A stretch of 62,610 nucleotides of DNA from NCBI GenBank assembly GCA_039794085.1, contig JBDIWC010000023.1, forward strand, positions 1 to 62,610. Reading direction: 5' to 3'. Each line of letters opens with the position of its first letter. Position 1 is the first letter of the stretch. The stretch is from Gemmatimonadales bacterium (GTDB lineage: Bacteria; Gemmatimonadota; Gemmatimonadetes; Gemmatimonadales; GWC2-71-9). The notes beneath the pieces were generated by a model. It did no database searches. It worked only from the letters and a program-made list of their open reading frames with translations, and had not been told where the DNA came from. Below are positions 61,963 to 62,610 of the stretch, in pieces. A program made the translations under genes and the position numbers.

Positions 61963-62323
61963 TTAGCTCCTGCGGGAGCTCCGGCGGAGTGCTCCCAGCA
62001 TCTTCCCCACCTCATCCATCAGGCCCCGGACGTGGACGGTGTCATGTGGGGGGAAGAATCCGACCTGCTCGCACAGTTCCAGGAGTGTTTCCACCTCCGC
62101 CAAAGAGCCCGTGGGCAAGGGCCAGAGACTGAGCTCGCTCGCGTGGAAATTCGCGGACCCACCCCTCCGCGATGTTCGCCGGAACGGACGCCGCGGCACG
62201 GGTGATTTGTGACCGCAGTCCGTATGCCTCCTCCGACGAGAGACGTGGGGCCATGCGATAGATTTCCCTCGCCACGTCCATGGCTTTGCGCCAGACGGTC
62301 AACTTGTGGTAGTACAGGCCCAC
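61963..62323 (-). pseudogene. Four-helix-bundle protein (23S rRNA IVP / Avd-like), +1 frameshift
   Basis: L.VWRKAM, E.YGL.SQI.RAA.SVPANIAEG in one frame and GSLAEVET in another; an extra C in CCC 62108-62110 splits them. Confidence 0.82.
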
Positions 62324-62446
62324 GAAGGCATCCTCTGTCTGGGGTGCATCCCAGACTACACATCGCCTGGAATTCTGCATGATCCATCCATGACATCCTG
62401 TCACGGCAGGTCGTGGATTTCCCACCAGATCGCGGATCCCGCGCGT

Positions 62447-62499
62447 TCTATGTCCTATGTCCTATAATGTCCTATGTCCTATAATGTCCTATGTCCTAT
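62447..62499 (-). repeat. Inverted TAGGACA array (TGTCCTA units), right flank of the four-helix-bundle gene
   Basis: TCTATGTCCTATGTCCTATAATGTCCTATGTCCTATAATGTCCTATGTCCTAT. Confidence 0.9.
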
Positions 62500-62610
62500 C
62501 ACTAGTGTCCGGTTAACTTGCGGAGACGGCCTTGTAAGTATGCTGTTTCCGGCAGTTTAGGCGATTTGTCGCCTGTCACCGACTTGAGCCCGGCTTCGAC
62601 TCCGGGCATC

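Noticed and set aside
61963..62323. Diversity-generating retroelement or 23S rRNA intervening sequence
   Set aside because: No reverse transcriptase, TR/VR pair or rRNA sequence in the window.

Overview
GC-rich bacterial chromosomal window, most likely Gemmatimonadota or a similar lineage (inferred from gene content only). Left to right: a probable IS5-type right end and a small cassette-like lipoprotein gene; a B12/acyl-CoA cluster (icmF, a bacterial eRF1-like factor, B12-binding subunit, carboxyltransferase, TPP-II-like S8 protease, split AtuA); a complete membrane-bound [NiFe]-hydrogenase operon with hyp genes; an orphan ABC permease; a four-gene ECF sigma/anti-sigma/TPR-CHAT protease/unknown protein module; ppc, recQ, an RHH-GNAT toxin-antitoxin pair, a CDF transporter, a hydrolase and an acyl-CoA dehydrogenase; rng-rplU-rpmA; paired amidohydrolases and paired M16 peptidases; GDPD; a second ECF/anti-sigma/Spy-like operon; NFACT-R; nfeD-floA-yqfB-like; tyrA; and a frameshifted four-helix-bundle (Avd-like) gene. 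Intergenic DNA holds several short-repeat families: 7-mer, 8-mer and 9-mer arrays often in inverted pairs, a ~167-bp dispersed repeat, dRS3-like hairpins and GTAG-REP-like hairpins. The best candidates for novelty are the CRISPR-independent ECF/anti-sigma/caspase-like CHAT module and the inverted heptamer arrays bracketing the four-helix-bundle gene and other loci. All calls come from reading motifs by eye; no searches were run.
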